From the UHGV virus genome UHGV-0342645: DNA of 59,919 bases; one strand, written 5' to 3'. This stretch comes from a virus. Numbering within the stretch: position 1 is the stretch's first letter; each line of letters starts with the position of its first letter. A model generated the notes under the pieces. It ran no database searches and had not been told where the DNA came from. It saw only the letters and a list, made by a program, of their open reading frames with translations. Shown piece by piece: positions 35,830 to 45,266 of the stretch. Position numbers and translations under genes: made by a program.

Positions 35830-37814
35830 TGCGGACAGATGCTATTGGTTTCTTTTGGCAGGACTTACCGCCTGAGCCAAAAGCAAAGAAAGAAAAAGTT
35901 AAACGTTTACCGCCGGAGCGCACTTGGGAGCGCCCGGATTATTTGCCCAATCTTGAGGAAGCGCGGAACTTCCAATACAACCTGTATACGCAGGACGAAC
36001 TTATTCAAGCATGGATTAACCGCGAACCGCTTGTATACGATATTGAATGTTATCCAAATTATTTCTTAATCGCGTTTCGCGGAGTACGGACTAAGAAAGT
36101 CGTCTACTTCGAAATGTATCACGGTTGTAGTTTGAATTGCTTGTTACTTAACTGGGTAATGACAAACTTCCTTATCGTAAGCTTTAACGGTAACGGGTAC
36201 GATATGCCCATTGCTACGCTTGCGCTTAACGGCTGCTCTAATGCTCAGCTTAAAGATGCAACCGATAAAATAATCGTGGAAGACTGGCGACCTTCCGATG
36301 TGTTGAAGAGTTACCGGCTTAAGCGTATGCAGAATGTTAACCACATTGATATTATGGAAGTTCTGCCTGGGTCCGGTGGTTTGAAACAATATGGCGGACG
36401 TGTACATACTCGCCGTATGCAGGATTTACCATTTAAGCCAAATACAATGTTGACGCAGGACCAGATGTTGATTGTACGCTGGTACTGTATTAACGACCTT
36501 GTACAGACAGAAGAATGTTTTATCGCATTACAAGAACCTTTGCACCTTCGTGAAATTATGTCGCAAGAATACGGTGTGGATCTGCGTTCACGTTCCGATG
36601 CACAGATCGCAGAAGACGTAATTAAGCACGAAATCCAAGCGTTAACTGGTGTGCGTCCGCAGCGCCCCCAAGTTTATCCTGGAACAAAGTATGCATACAA
36701 CATACCGGACTTCATTCGTTTTCAAACACCTCTAATGAATAGTGTTTTGGATATTGTTCGGGACTGTCGTTTTATTGTTAGCGATAACGGTGGTGTTAGC
36801 CTACCCCCAGCGTTAACAGGGCTTGAGATTAAGATCGCGGACGGTGTCTACCGTATGGGTATTGGCGGTTTGCACAGCTCTGAAGAATGTGCTGGTCACG
36901 GTAAAGAGCCAGGTATTAAGAAGCGGGACATTGACGTAACGTCCTATTACCCTTCTATTATTCTTAATCAGGGCTTGTATCCTGAGCAGTTGGGGCCAGC
37001 GTTTCTTCGTGTTTATAAAAGCATTGTAGACCGACGTATTGCAGCTAAGCACTCAGGGGACAAGAACACAGCCAATACGCTGAAGATCGTAATCAACGGA
37101 TCGTTCGGTAAATTGGGCTCAATGTGGTCCGTACTGTACGCTCCGCAATTATTGATACAAGTTACATTAACTGGACAGTTATCACTGTTGATGCTTATTG
37201 AAGCGTTTGAACTGAACGGCGTTAAAGTAATTTCAGCTAACACGGATGGTATTGTGGTTAAGTACCCTGACCACATGCAGGACTTCGTTGATAACATGAT
37301 CAAGTGGTGGGAGTCCGTGACAGGCTTTGAAATGGAATCCAACTACTATGACAAGCTGTACAGTGCTAACGTCAATAACTATGTTGCAGTAAAAGAACCT
37401 GATGAGGAAGGAAATGTTGAAATCAAACGTAAAGGCTGGTTCGCAAAAACAGGGCTTCAAAAGAACTGTACTGGTGAAATTATTATGGAAGCTGTATGTG
37501 AATGTTTGGCCCACGGTACGCCTGTTTCTCGTACTATACGCAATTGCAACGATATTAGAAAATTCATTATCCTACGTGCGGTGAAAGGCGGCGCAGTATG
37601 GAATGGCGAATTTTTGGGTAAGGTTGTACGCTGGTACTTAAGCACTAATGAAGAAACACCTGAAATAATCTATGCTAACTCGGGCAACCGTGTAGCTGGT
37701 AGTGCTGGAGGCGTACCGATCATGACGTTACCGGATAAAGTGCCGGACGATATAGATTATGACGCTTACATAGCTAAGGCTGAAAAGTATCTCGAAGACA
37801 TGGGATACGCCTAA
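35829..37814 (+). CDS. family B DNA polymerase
   Basis: Exonuclease motifs YDIECYP, NGYDMPIA, YCINDL; polymerase motifs DVTSYYPSIIL (motif A), KIVINGSFGKLG (motif B), ISANTDGIVV (motif C). Confidence 0.75.
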   Translation: MRTDAIGFFWQDLPPEPKAKKEKVKRLPPERTWERPDYLPNLEEARNFQYNLYTQDELIQAWINREPLVYDIECYPNYFLIAFRGVRTKKVVYFEMYHGCSLNCLLLNWVMTNFLIVSFNGNGYDMPIATLALNGCSNAQLKDATDKIIVEDWRPSDVLKSYRLKRMQNVNHIDIMEVLPGSGGLKQYGGRVHTRRMQDLPFKPNTMLTQDQMLIVRWYCINDLVQTEECFIALQEPLHLREIMSQEYGVDLRSRSDAQIAEDVIKHEIQALTGVRPQRPQVYPGTKYAYNIPDFIRFQTPLMNSVLDIVRDCRFIVSDNGGVSLPPALTGLEIKIADGVYRMGIGGLHSSEECAGHGKEPGIKKRDIDVTSYYPSIILNQGLYPEQLGPAFLRVYKSIVDRRIAAKHSGDKNTANTLKIVINGSFGKLGSMWSVLYAPQLLIQVTLTGQLSLLMLIEAFELNGVKVISANTDGIVVKYPDHMQDFVDNMIKWWESVTGFEMESNYYDKLYSANVNNYVAVKEPDEEGNVEIKRKGWFAKTGLQKNCTGEIIMEAVCECLAHGTPVSRTIRNCNDIRKFIILRAVKGGAVWNGEFLGKVVRWYLSTNEETPEIIYANSGNRVAGSAGGVPIMTLPDKVPDDIDYDAYIAKAEKYLEDMGYA

Positions 37815-37824
37815 ATTCTACTTG

Positions 37825-37850
37825 CAGACCCTTCGCGGGTCTGTTTTAAT
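37825..37850 (+). terminator. rho-independent terminator
   Basis: CAGACCC-TTCGC-GGGTCTG followed by TTTTAAT. Confidence 0.6.
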
Positions 37851-37878
37851 ATATGCATACAACAAGAGGAGATACAAA

Positions 37879-38163
37879 ATGAGCTTAGTAGACGATTACA
37901 ATAAAGGTAAAATTGATGCTGTGGAACTTAACCGTCAGCTTAATAAACAAAATGAAGAACGCAAACAAGGTAAATACCTTACAATGATTGTTGCGCTTAT
38001 CTTCACTGTTATTGGTGGATGTGTTTACGGCTACATTAACCACACTGTTGAAGTCGGCAACGAATGTCGCGCTAAATATCCAATTCACGTTGGTGTAACT
38101 CCACAGGAAGACATTGATGCGCTTCTTGAACTTCAAGCCTTATGTCGTAAAGGAAAAGCATAA
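37879..38163 (+). CDS. small membrane protein
   Basis: GGAG RBS; internal ATG MSLVDDY; one TM segment LTMIVALIFTVIGGCVYGYI. Confidence 0.4.
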   Translation: MSLVDDYNKGKIDAVELNRQLNKQNEERKQGKYLTMIVALIFTVIGGCVYGYINHTVEVGNECRAKYPIHVGVTPQEDIDALLELQALCRKGKA

Positions 38164-38456
38164 TGAAACGTTTATTACTCGTAACTTTGATGATAGCGCC
38201 TACGGTCCAAGCTGTAGACTTAAAGGAAGCAACAAAGAAATTATGCCAAGACCATCCTATTAGGGTACAATGTGAACAACTTGTATCCAGTATGTTGACG
38301 CATTCTTACGTGATGGGTCAAACTCAAATTGGATGTGAGTTAGGTATTATTGATGCGTGCAAAGCGGCGCGTACCAATAAACATTTTGAAAAGAACGCAC
38401 GTTGGCTGGAGCAGCGCATTAGAGCCCTTGATCATAGGGGTACTTTTGGGGGTTAG
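38163..38456 (+). CDS. secreted protein
   Basis: N-terminal signal peptide MKRLLLVTLMIAPTVQA; four Cys in the mature part. Confidence 0.45.
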   Translation: MKRLLLVTLMIAPTVQAVDLKEATKKLCQDHPIRVQCEQLVSSMLTHSYVMGQTQIGCELGIIDACKAARTNKHFEKNARWLEQRIRALDHRGTFGG

Positions 38457-38488
38457 CCGCGTGTAAAACCTTAAAGGGGTACATTAGC

Positions 38489-38695
38489 ATGGCTGGTAAA
38501 GAAAAGAGCGTAGCAAGCGATTTAGGTGCGGATGTAGTAGGTCGCGAACCGTGGCAACATGGTGACAAACCAGTAGTTTACATTCACGTCTATTACTGGA
38601 ATAATATGACCGCGGAGCAACAAGAAGCGTTAAAGGTTTTAGCCGACGTTATTGTTGTTCCAGATGAGGTATCACCGGAAACACCGGAAGCGTAA
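38489..38695 (+). CDS. hypothetical protein
   Basis: 68-aa acidic ORF. Confidence 0.35.
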   Translation: MAGKEKSVASDLGADVVGREPWQHGDKPVVYIHVYYWNNMTAEQQEALKVLADVIVVPDEVSPETPEA

Positions 38696-38702
38696 TAAAA
38701 TA

Positions 38703-38724
38703 ATACCCGCGTTCGCGCGGGTAT
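38703..38724 (+). terminator. weak rho-independent terminator
   Basis: ACCCGCG-TTCG-CGCGGGT followed by a short ATTT tract. Confidence 0.35.
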
Positions 38725-38737
38725 TTAAGGAGTGAAT

Positions 38738-38926
38738 ATGGCTAGAGCAGCAAAAGGTTACAGACAGACTTTTAAGCTAATTGGTGGACCGTGGGACGGG
38801 CAAAAGGTGCAACTATATAGCGCCGGAACGCTGGAGTTCTCAGTGAAAAGCTTCGATCCACGTCCAGGGCGCTATGTATCCGCGGGTAATGCTTATAATC
38901 TAATTTGGGAGTTTACCGATGAGTGA
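38738..38926 (+). CDS. hypothetical protein
   Basis: AAGGAG RBS 8 nt before ATG (MARAAKGY); 62 aa. Confidence 0.4.
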   Translation: MARAAKGYRQTFKLIGGPWDGQKVQLYSAGTLEFSVKSFDPRPGRYVSAGNAYNLIWEFTDE

Positions 38927-39125
38927 GTATGTGGTTATGTATTTTGTAATTGGCGCAATTGTTGCAGCAATGACTTATTGCTTCTGTTGGGATAACTATG
39001 ATTATGCAATAGCTCATAAGAAACGTTGGGAGAAGATTGTAAGTCTTCTATGTATACTCGCTTGCTGGCCGGTCACTATTATTGCGACTGCTTATGATCA
39101 ATACATGTACAGGAGACGCAAATGA
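38919..39125 (+). CDS. small membrane protein (2 TM)
   Basis: MSEYVVMYFVIGAIVAAMTYCF and LLCILACWPVTIIATAY hydrophobic segments. Confidence 0.4.
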   Translation: MSEYVVMYFVIGAIVAAMTYCFCWDNYDYAIAHKKRWEKIVSLLCILACWPVTIIATAYDQYMYRRRK

Positions 39126-39403
39126 TGGAATATCTATTAGTTGTCGTTGCGCTATTTCTAATCATTGTTGTTATAATGACCGGAGATAGTAATGAGAAGG
39201 GCTTTACAGCAATGAGCAGGGCGTTATTACGCGCCCTTGCTGTTGCACTGCTTGGGACAAGTTTTGCTATGGCGTTTGGGGTTGTGGAGATCCCTAGCAC
39301 CTATTACGGTTTTGTTAAAGTTCAACATCAACTCACTTATGCTACCGTCGTCGGATTGGGTGCTGTAACACTTGCAATCCTGTCAGCTTTTCATAAGCGT
39401 TAA
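39122..39403 (+). CDS. membrane protein
   Basis: 93 aa with three hydrophobic segments; last gene of the plus arm. Confidence 0.4.
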   Translation: MMEYLLVVVALFLIIVVIMTGDSNEKGFTAMSRALLRALAVALLGTSFAMAFGVVEIPSTYYGFVKVQHQLTYATVVGLGAVTLAILSAFHKR

Positions 39404-39404
39404 A

Positions 39405-39428
39405 GAAAGGGCGTTTGCCCCTTTTCTC
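39405..39428. terminator. weak bidirectional terminator at the convergence point of both arms
   Basis: GGGC-GTTT-GCCC flanked by A-rich and T-rich tracts, between the last plus gene (39403) and the last minus gene (39432). Confidence 0.35.
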
Positions 39429-39431
39429 TTC

Positions 39432-39635
39432 TTAGAATATACGAAAGAAAGAACCGTATGGGTATACGCCAAAAGTATTGAAAACAGGCGGTGCAAAAGC
39501 ATTCACAAACACAGGAGTTGGCGCTACTGGTTGAAAAGTTTTGCAATTACACGCCGCTTGAGCCAATTGTCCCTGAAGTATACCTGCTTGTGTTGCAGGA
39601 CTGCCTAGACAGCAACGGTTAGTATTACCACACAT
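39432..39635 (-). CDS. small Cys-rich protein
   Basis: AGGAGG RBS 7 nt upstream overlapping the upstream stop; MCGNTNRCCLGSP...CNC; Pro/Phe-rich C-terminus. Confidence 0.35.
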   Translation of the reverse strand: MCGNTNRCCLGSPATQAGILQGQLAQAACNCKTFQPVAPTPVFVNAFAPPVFNTFGVYPYGSFFRIF

Positions 39636-39646
39636 AGTAGACCTCC

Positions 39647-39931
39647 TTAAAGGTCGCTTTCGTTATCCTGCTTGGAACTGGGCTTTTCAGATTCAATCAT
39701 TCCAAGTACCGCAATAACTTTAACAGCAATACGCTGAGCCAGACTGATTTGCTGCTGGGTTAATTTTCCGGTCGACACCACAGTCATTAACCCGCTCAAG
39801 TTTCCAAGAGACTTGAAATCGCTGAATGCTGATTTCATAATACTAAGTTGATCATGACCTTCATCAGCTATAACATGAGCACGAATAGAAAGTCCTTCAA
39901 CAACTTTATCAATACCTTCATTCTTCGTCAT
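39647..39931 (-). CDS. hypothetical protein
   Basis: 94-aa ORF. Confidence 0.4.
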   Translation of the reverse strand: MTKNEGIDKVVEGLSIRAHVIADEGHDQLSIMKSAFSDFKSLGNLSGLMTVVSTGKLTQQQISLAQRIAVKVIAVLGMIESEKPSSKQDNESDL

Positions 39932-40448
39932 TTGGTTTTACCTTCTGCTCCGGTTTCTGAGGGACCGTTTGAGCGGTCTTTGGCTGCAACACTTCCTGAT
40001 CAATCATTGGTGGCCACGGACTAATATGTTCCCGGGCTTCTACAGGTTGCTCCGGTTGCACGCCAAGAAACTTATTAATAAAATCACCTGCAAAGTCTGT
40101 ACCATCGCTGACATAAACGTGCATACGATCAAGATCAGACTGACTAATGGAGTTTGGAGCGATCGTGATTTTAAACTGGTGGAAGCCGACATACATCACA
40201 TTCACGGGTCGTTCGATAGTGCCCGGCGTAGGCGGTATCACTCCCATAATCCAACAGTAATGAACCCTTCCATCACCCATAGGTTCACAGCCAGCATTAA
40301 GCCAGCTAACCTTCTGGTGTGGGAACATGGTAGTTGAATCGGTAGCGTCCCGACGTAACGTCCAATCAACACCGCCCATGTTGATGGAGTTTTTCGGTTT
40401 CATCCCGTTGAACTGGGTTACGCCCATTCCTGCGTTTACGTTTTGCAT
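39918..40448 (-). CDS. hypothetical protein
   Basis: 176-aa ORF. Confidence 0.4.
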   Translation of the reverse strand: MQNVNAGMGVTQFNGMKPKNSINMGGVDWTLRRDATDSTTMFPHQKVSWLNAGCEPMGDGRVHYCWIMGVIPPTPGTIERPVNVMYVGFHQFKITIAPNSISQSDLDRMHVYVSDGTDFAGDFINKFLGVQPEQPVEAREHISPWPPMIDQEVLQPKTAQTVPQKPEQKVKPNDEE

Positions 40449-40463
40449 GTCGGCTTCCTATTA

Positions 40464-40832
40464 TTACATATCTTTCATTTTTTGAAGAGCGCAAGTACAA
40501 GCTGCGGCAAGATCAGTCAACTCTTTCATGATCCCTGCGCGGTCGCCTTCTTTCTTACACTCCATTAATTCGCGGTATTCCATTTCAACAATGGACATCA
40601 TACCGCCGGGCTTGTCGTGGTACGCCGCCCACGTATGCGGAGGTTCTTCCATCCGGTCAAGAACATTTGACATAGCTGCCATATGTTCATGATCTCGAGC
40701 ATAAGAGTGAGCATGTTTATATTCCTCTTTCTCATGTTCATGGTGGTGCTCACCTACGCTAATTCGAGGTAAAGCAACCTTAGGCAATTTGACCCGTGGC
40801 ATTCCCATCGTTGCAATTTTAATGTGGCTCAT
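40464..40832 (-). CDS. His-rich protein, possible MazG-like nucleotide pyrophosphohydrolase
   Basis: N-terminal HHHEHEKEEYKHAHSYARDHEH; C-terminal EMEYRELMECKKEGDRAGIMKELTDLAAA loosely resembles the all-alpha NTP-PPase EExxE...DL pattern. Confidence 0.25.
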   Translation of the reverse strand: MSHIKIATMGMPRVKLPKVALPRISVGEHHHEHEKEEYKHAHSYARDHEHMAAMSNVLDRMEEPPHTWAAYHDKPGGMMSIVEMEYRELMECKKEGDRAGIMKELTDLAAACTCALQKMKDM

Positions 40833-40903
40833 GATAGTACCTCTGTTAAAAGCGCCCCAAGCGGAGGAGCGAAAGGCGCTTTAGTTTAACCACACTTCAA
40901 CGA

Positions 40904-41611
40904 TTAGCAGCAGCCAGTCGGAGGAGTCGGAGGGGTTGGCAGCTTAAAATTGACCAGATCATAAACCTGATCAATTTCGCAGCGAAGCTTAGCGGTCTGT
41001 GCCAGCTGGGAGTTCTGGAAGCGCGATTCCTGCAACTGAGACTTCAGGTCGCAGATAAGAACTGCTTGCGCCTGTGCGTGCTGGTCACGGATCAGCGCAC
41101 GGGTAGCTTCAGCTTGACGCTCGATGTTCAGGTTGGTTTCGCAGCAACACTTCTGAGCTTCTAACTGTGCTTGGAAAGAACGGGTGATGTTAGCCGCTTC
41201 GTTGCTACACAGAGCCGCGAGCACTTGGCTGGTGCCACCCTGAATCTGAGTGTTCAGACCGGCAAAGCCCTGAACGGAAGCCAGCAGGTTCTGAGTGTTC
41301 TGCTGAGTGATGCCATTATAGGTAGAAGCAGCGGAGCGCTCAACAGTCAGGTTAGTACCGTTCTGCCCCTGAATGGTCTGAAGAATGCCGTTGTTGATAG
41401 CTTGCAGAATTGCGTTGGTGTCAACAGAAGCTTGCACTTCTACCGGACCAGCGAAGTTACCGCGACCACCCCAACCACCATTGCCACCCCAACCATTACC
41501 GATCCAGGAACCAATTAAGCCACCGATGGCGCCACCGATACCAGCCGCACCAGCTTCACCGCCGAAGCCATCGCCACCGAGATTAGTAGGTAAAAGAGTC
41601 ATGTCAGACAT
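40904..41611 (-). CDS. glycine-rich protein with Cys-rich C-terminus
   Basis: GGAGAT RBS before MSDMTLLP; GGDGFGGEAGAAGIGGAIGGLIGSWIGNGWGGNGGWGGRGNF then Gln/Asn-rich region with CCC and terminal GCC. Confidence 0.45.
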   Translation of the reverse strand: MSDMTLLPTNLGGDGFGGEAGAAGIGGAIGGLIGSWIGNGWGGNGGWGGRGNFAGPVEVQASVDTNAILQAINNGILQTIQGQNGTNLTVERSAASTYNGITQQNTQNLLASVQGFAGLNTQIQGGTSQVLAALCSNEAANITRSFQAQLEAQKCCCETNLNIERQAEATRALIRDQHAQAQAVLICDLKSQLQESRFQNSQLAQTAKLRCEIDQVYDLVNFKLPTPPTPPTGCC

Positions 41612-41746
41612 AGGAAAATCTCCATATATGGATTTGTTAAGCGGATGTAACCAACTGGTTACGAAGTAAAGCATACCCCTTAACATGCTTTTTACAATGA
41701 TCCATATGTAAAGATTTTGTAAATTAGGATTGACAGCCAATAAAAA

Positions 41747-41775
41747 GCGCGCCCGAAGACGCGCTGTTGAAGTCA
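41747..41775 (-). terminator. rho-independent terminator
   Basis: Minus strand AGCGCG-TCTTCGGG-CGCGCT followed by TTTTTATT, just downstream of the fibre gene stop at 41783. Confidence 0.55.
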
Positions 41776-41782
41776 GATGTGG

Positions 41783-42763
41783 TTATGGGAGAAGTTGCTC
41801 CGGTTGCTTGTTAATGAGCGTTGCTACTAGTTTTTTAAGATCTTCAACTTCTGTCTCAAGCTTAGTAATGCGATCGTCAGTTTCACGACATACCTGAACA
41901 AGCAGACCAACAATACCAGAATAGTTAACGGTAAGATAACGCGTCCCTATTTCCTTATCTTCTTCAGTGTAAACTGTCATCCCACCAACTGCTTCCGGCA
42001 ATGCTTCCATAACCTCTTGTGCGATCACACCAGAATAAGGCATTCTATCAGATTTAAGGGTATATGTGTATCCGTACATCTTGCGCAGCTTTTCGGTGGC
42101 ATTAGCGATGATTTCAATATCGGTTTTCAAGTCTCGGTCAGATCCCGCACTTACGTTATTTGCTATAATATTTCCATTTACATGAAACTCTCTTGAATTA
42201 TCACTATTACGCTGCATATAGAAGCCATAACCATTACTCCAGCTGTATTCAAATACGTCCGCACGTGTCCCGGAACCCCACATATTCAAACGACCATCCA
42301 TTGACGCTGTGCCATCATTTGCAATACGAAAACGTCTTGTGCTAAGATTTTGTTTCGGCGGAATTACAATTTCGCCATTATCATTAAAATCGTAATATAT
42401 TGAGTCACCGGCAGCGTTAACAACATTAATACGCGCGTTTATAACTCCGTCAGATCTAACCCGCACCATTTCCAGTGACGAAGCATATGTTTTTCCATCA
42501 ATATCTATACCTTGAGAGATTAATTTATAACCTGTCCCGAAGTTGCTAGATGAATCGGTCTGCTGATTCTGCGGTCGCTGTGCTGTCCAATCAGTATTCA
42601 CAATCTCCCGTGTTTCCAAGTTACCAACTTCGGACTTTAGAGTTGACACATCGGACTTCAACGTGGAGGTATCTTGCGTTAATGTTGATACTTCTCCGTT
42701 TATTGCTTCAACGTCAGTTTTAAGTTTGGTTATATCTGTTGGTATAACGGTCTTAGTCACCAT
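41783..42763 (-). CDS. tail fibre/spike protein with C-terminal intramolecular chaperone (peptidase S74-like) domain
   Basis: C-terminal SDRDLKTDIEII...YGYTY...GVIAQEVMEALPEAV...coiled-coil end matches the self-cleaving chaperone domain pattern. Confidence 0.55.
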   Translation of the reverse strand: MVTKTVIPTDITKLKTDVEAINGEVSTLTQDTSTLKSDVSTLKSEVGNLETREIVNTDWTAQRPQNQQTDSSSNFGTGYKLISQGIDIDGKTYASSLEMVRVRSDGVINARINVVNAAGDSIYYDFNDNGEIVIPPKQNLSTRRFRIANDGTASMDGRLNMWGSGTRADVFEYSWSNGYGFYMQRNSDNSREFHVNGNIIANNVSAGSDRDLKTDIEIIANATEKLRKMYGYTYTLKSDRMPYSGVIAQEVMEALPEAVGGMTVYTEEDKEIGTRYLTVNYSGIVGLLVQVCRETDDRITKLETEVEDLKKLVATLINKQPEQLLP

Positions 42764-42772
42764 AACTACTCC

Positions 42773-43048
42773 TTAAGCCCATTCTCTTAGAGGTTGATCA
42801 AGAATAACACTGTGGTTACTGTACTGGGTAAAATCAAATGAGTCATCAATAACTCTTACGTTTACATAATATCCTTCATTTTGAATATATGTTGGTTCGT
42901 CTGATAGACTTTCAACTTCTGTATAGGTGTAGCCTATTACGTCAAGTAAAATCTGGTTTTGCAAAGTTTCATTGTATTCCCAATCAATAACCACAAGGAA
43001 ATCTTCAAATGCTTTCTTATCCTTAAATTTCATCGTTAAGTCTTTCAT
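42773..43048 (-). CDS. hypothetical protein
   Basis: 91-aa acidic ORF between the two fibre genes. Confidence 0.4.
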   Translation of the reverse strand: MKDLTMKFKDKKAFEDFLVVIDWEYNETLQNQILLDVIGYTYTEVESLSDEPTYIQNEGYYVNVRVIDDSFDFTQYSNHSVILDQPLREWA

Positions 43049-45183
43049 ACAGACTCCTTCATTTGACGATCTGTTAATTCTTTATGCCAGATTCTAAAGT
43101 TACGAATGTGACCGAAAAGATGACGTAGGCCGCTATTATTCTGCCCGCCAATCCTGAAGAAATAACCAGATTTAACACCGACATGATCCGTGGTTTTAGG
43201 AGTCCCATGCTGGGCATTGCTAACGAAATGCACATTACCAGATTCATTTAAAACAAATCCAAGAACAGATTTTTGTTCAAATAATACTGGCGATACGGCA
43301 ACTACTGTACTACCGTCTTTATTGTACATCGTAACACTAGGAAATAATGTTGAACTAATAGCAACACTTATATATTGACCCGGAGTTGTGCTCCCACCAC
43401 TGGTATCAAAAATTCGTGGTGCTGCATTTGGCGTTTCGTTCCAGTTTGTATGAACTTCAGCTAGAAATGTTAAAGGTGGTGTACCGATATTGTTATTTGT
43501 TGGTATATTCACCATATCACTGGCTCTTGTGACTGGCGTTTCCTCAGTAATAATAAACGAAGAAGCGCACGAACCGCCTTCGAGCTGAGGAGTTGCAACA
43601 TAAATATAATCATCTGCGCCAGTGCTTCCCCCTTTTGGTGGTGCATATTGCACCATCGCACCGATCATATTTTCTGTATCAAGTGCCTTAATTGTTGCCT
43701 CAAAGAAAATCCATTTGCTTGCTTCATTTTTAACAGCCCTTGCAGTAATACGACTTGCATCGCCGCCAGTTTTATCAATCGATAAATCTGTCATATTTAA
43801 GAAAGCATCACCCACGAATTTGTGGGTAGATCCATCATATTCTTCAAATCGTAATCGACATCTTAAATTTGGAGTCCCACTTTGTACCCTGCATGAGATA
43901 GTTACATACTTTTCATCGCCGGTAACATCATATCCTTTGCTTCCAGATACTGTGACAATAGAAAGGGATGAGGTTTGCCCCACCATTTCTGGTTTTAATG
44001 TGAATTTTGCGTACTGGAAACCAAAATCATCTACACCTGATGTATTTAAAATCATATTTGATGACTTGTTCCACTTTGATGGATTTGTGCTATTTATTAA
44101 CAGGTTTGTACGCTGCCCTTCAATCAGCAATCCATACTTTTCAAAGCGAGGTTCATCGATTGCAGCCTCTGTCAGCACACCAGATTTATTAATGTAAGTT
44201 GCTTTTGATGCACGTTTAAACTTAACAATCTTGTCACCAGGCATTGTAATTTCATCGTCATCAATTACAATCTTTTTATATGAAGGCGAAAAGCCCGTAA
44301 TCATATCTAGAGAATCGTTAAACGGTATCCACACATCAGGTAACGGCTGAATTTCTGGTGCATTGTTGGCAGCAGATTCCGCACGGTCAGCTTCCGTCTT
44401 TGCACGGTCCGCGTCGTTTTTAGCTGCGGTTGCGCTTGTGCTTGCGTTACCTGCTTGTTTTCCGGCTTCGGTAGCACTATTACCCGCTTCCGTAGCAGAA
44501 GCAGCGGCAGCGTCTTTTAAAGCGGTAGTTTCGGACACAGCGGCATCTTTAATTGCTTGCGTCTCACTTACTGCATTGTTCTTAATAGTCTGTGTATTGG
44601 ACTTTAACTTTTCAACATCCTTTTTGAGATTTGTTATTGTGGTTACAGCTTGTGTTGCAGTGTTGGCGGAACCAGCAGCACCTGCTTGTGCTTGTTTAGC
44701 TGCATCCGCGTTGGCCTTAGAATCATTCTTGTAAGTTAATGCTTGACTTGCTGAGGTTGCAGCCGCCGCTTTACTGTTACGTGCGTCCGTAGCGTCTGCG
44801 TTTGCTGCCGCAGCAGAACGTCCAGCTTGTAACGCATATTCCTCAGAGTTAGCCACAAGTCGCTGGACTTGCTTAATAACGTCCGGTGTCAACTGTTCCG
44901 GAGCCCAGTTAATCAAATAGCCGTTGAGCGAACCTTCAGGACTATCGCCATAAATAACAATTTCACCCGCTTTATAAGGCTCAATACCCTGCGGACCAAT
45001 GATCACCTTATAATGGCCTGTTTGTACGGTTACATTGTACGCACCTTCCCCGTCTGTGCGGAATATTGCTTCACTTCCGTTCAATACCGTAATTGTATTT
45101 CCTTTTGCAATAAGCGCAACCGTAGCGTTGATAATTGGCTTATTCAAACCATCCAGCAAGATACCGTGCAAGCGCGTAGCCAT
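43045..45183 (-). CDS. tail fibre protein
   Basis: ATG with GGGAGA RBS (track start is GTG at 45195); about 712 aa; Ala-rich coiled-coil region (AKQAQAGAAGSANTATQ...) and beta-rich C-terminal domain. Confidence 0.55.
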   Translation of the reverse strand: MATRLHGILLDGLNKPIINATVALIAKGNTITVLNGSEAIFRTDGEGAYNVTVQTGHYKVIIGPQGIEPYKAGEIVIYGDSPEGSLNGYLINWAPEQLTPDVIKQVQRLVANSEEYALQAGRSAAAANADATDARNSKAAAATSASQALTYKNDSKANADAAKQAQAGAAGSANTATQAVTTITNLKKDVEKLKSNTQTIKNNAVSETQAIKDAAVSETTALKDAAAASATEAGNSATEAGKQAGNASTSATAAKNDADRAKTEADRAESAANNAPEIQPLPDVWIPFNDSLDMITGFSPSYKKIVIDDDEITMPGDKIVKFKRASKATYINKSGVLTEAAIDEPRFEKYGLLIEGQRTNLLINSTNPSKWNKSSNMILNTSGVDDFGFQYAKFTLKPEMVGQTSSLSIVTVSGSKGYDVTGDEKYVTISCRVQSGTPNLRCRLRFEEYDGSTHKFVGDAFLNMTDLSIDKTGGDASRITARAVKNEASKWIFFEATIKALDTENMIGAMVQYAPPKGGSTGADDYIYVATPQLEGGSCASSFIITEETPVTRASDMVNIPTNNNIGTPPLTFLAEVHTNWNETPNAAPRIFDTSGGSTTPGQYISVAISSTLFPSVTMYNKDGSTVVAVSPVLFEQKSVLGFVLNESGNVHFVSNAQHGTPKTTDHVGVKSGYFFRIGGQNNSGLRHLFGHIRNFRIWHKELTDRQMKESV

Positions 45184-45201
45184 AATTTCTCCCACATTTA
45201 A

Positions 45202-45229
45202 TTGACTTACTCAACCTAACAAGTATATT
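45202..45229 (+). promoter_or_regulatory. sigma70-type promoter of the lipoprotein moron
   Basis: TTGACT-16 nt-TATATT about 38 nt upstream of the lipoprotein ATG. Confidence 0.5.
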
Positions 45230-45266
45230 AAACTTGAACCTTGACAACAACCTAAAAGGAGTCCCG

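Noticed and set aside
41667-41695. Terminator-like hairpin with T-run on the plus strand (AAAGCAT-N10-ATGCTTT-TT) in a minus-strand-only region
   Set aside because: No plus-strand gene or promoter nearby; probably incidental or a feature of the minus-strand leader of the Gly-rich gene
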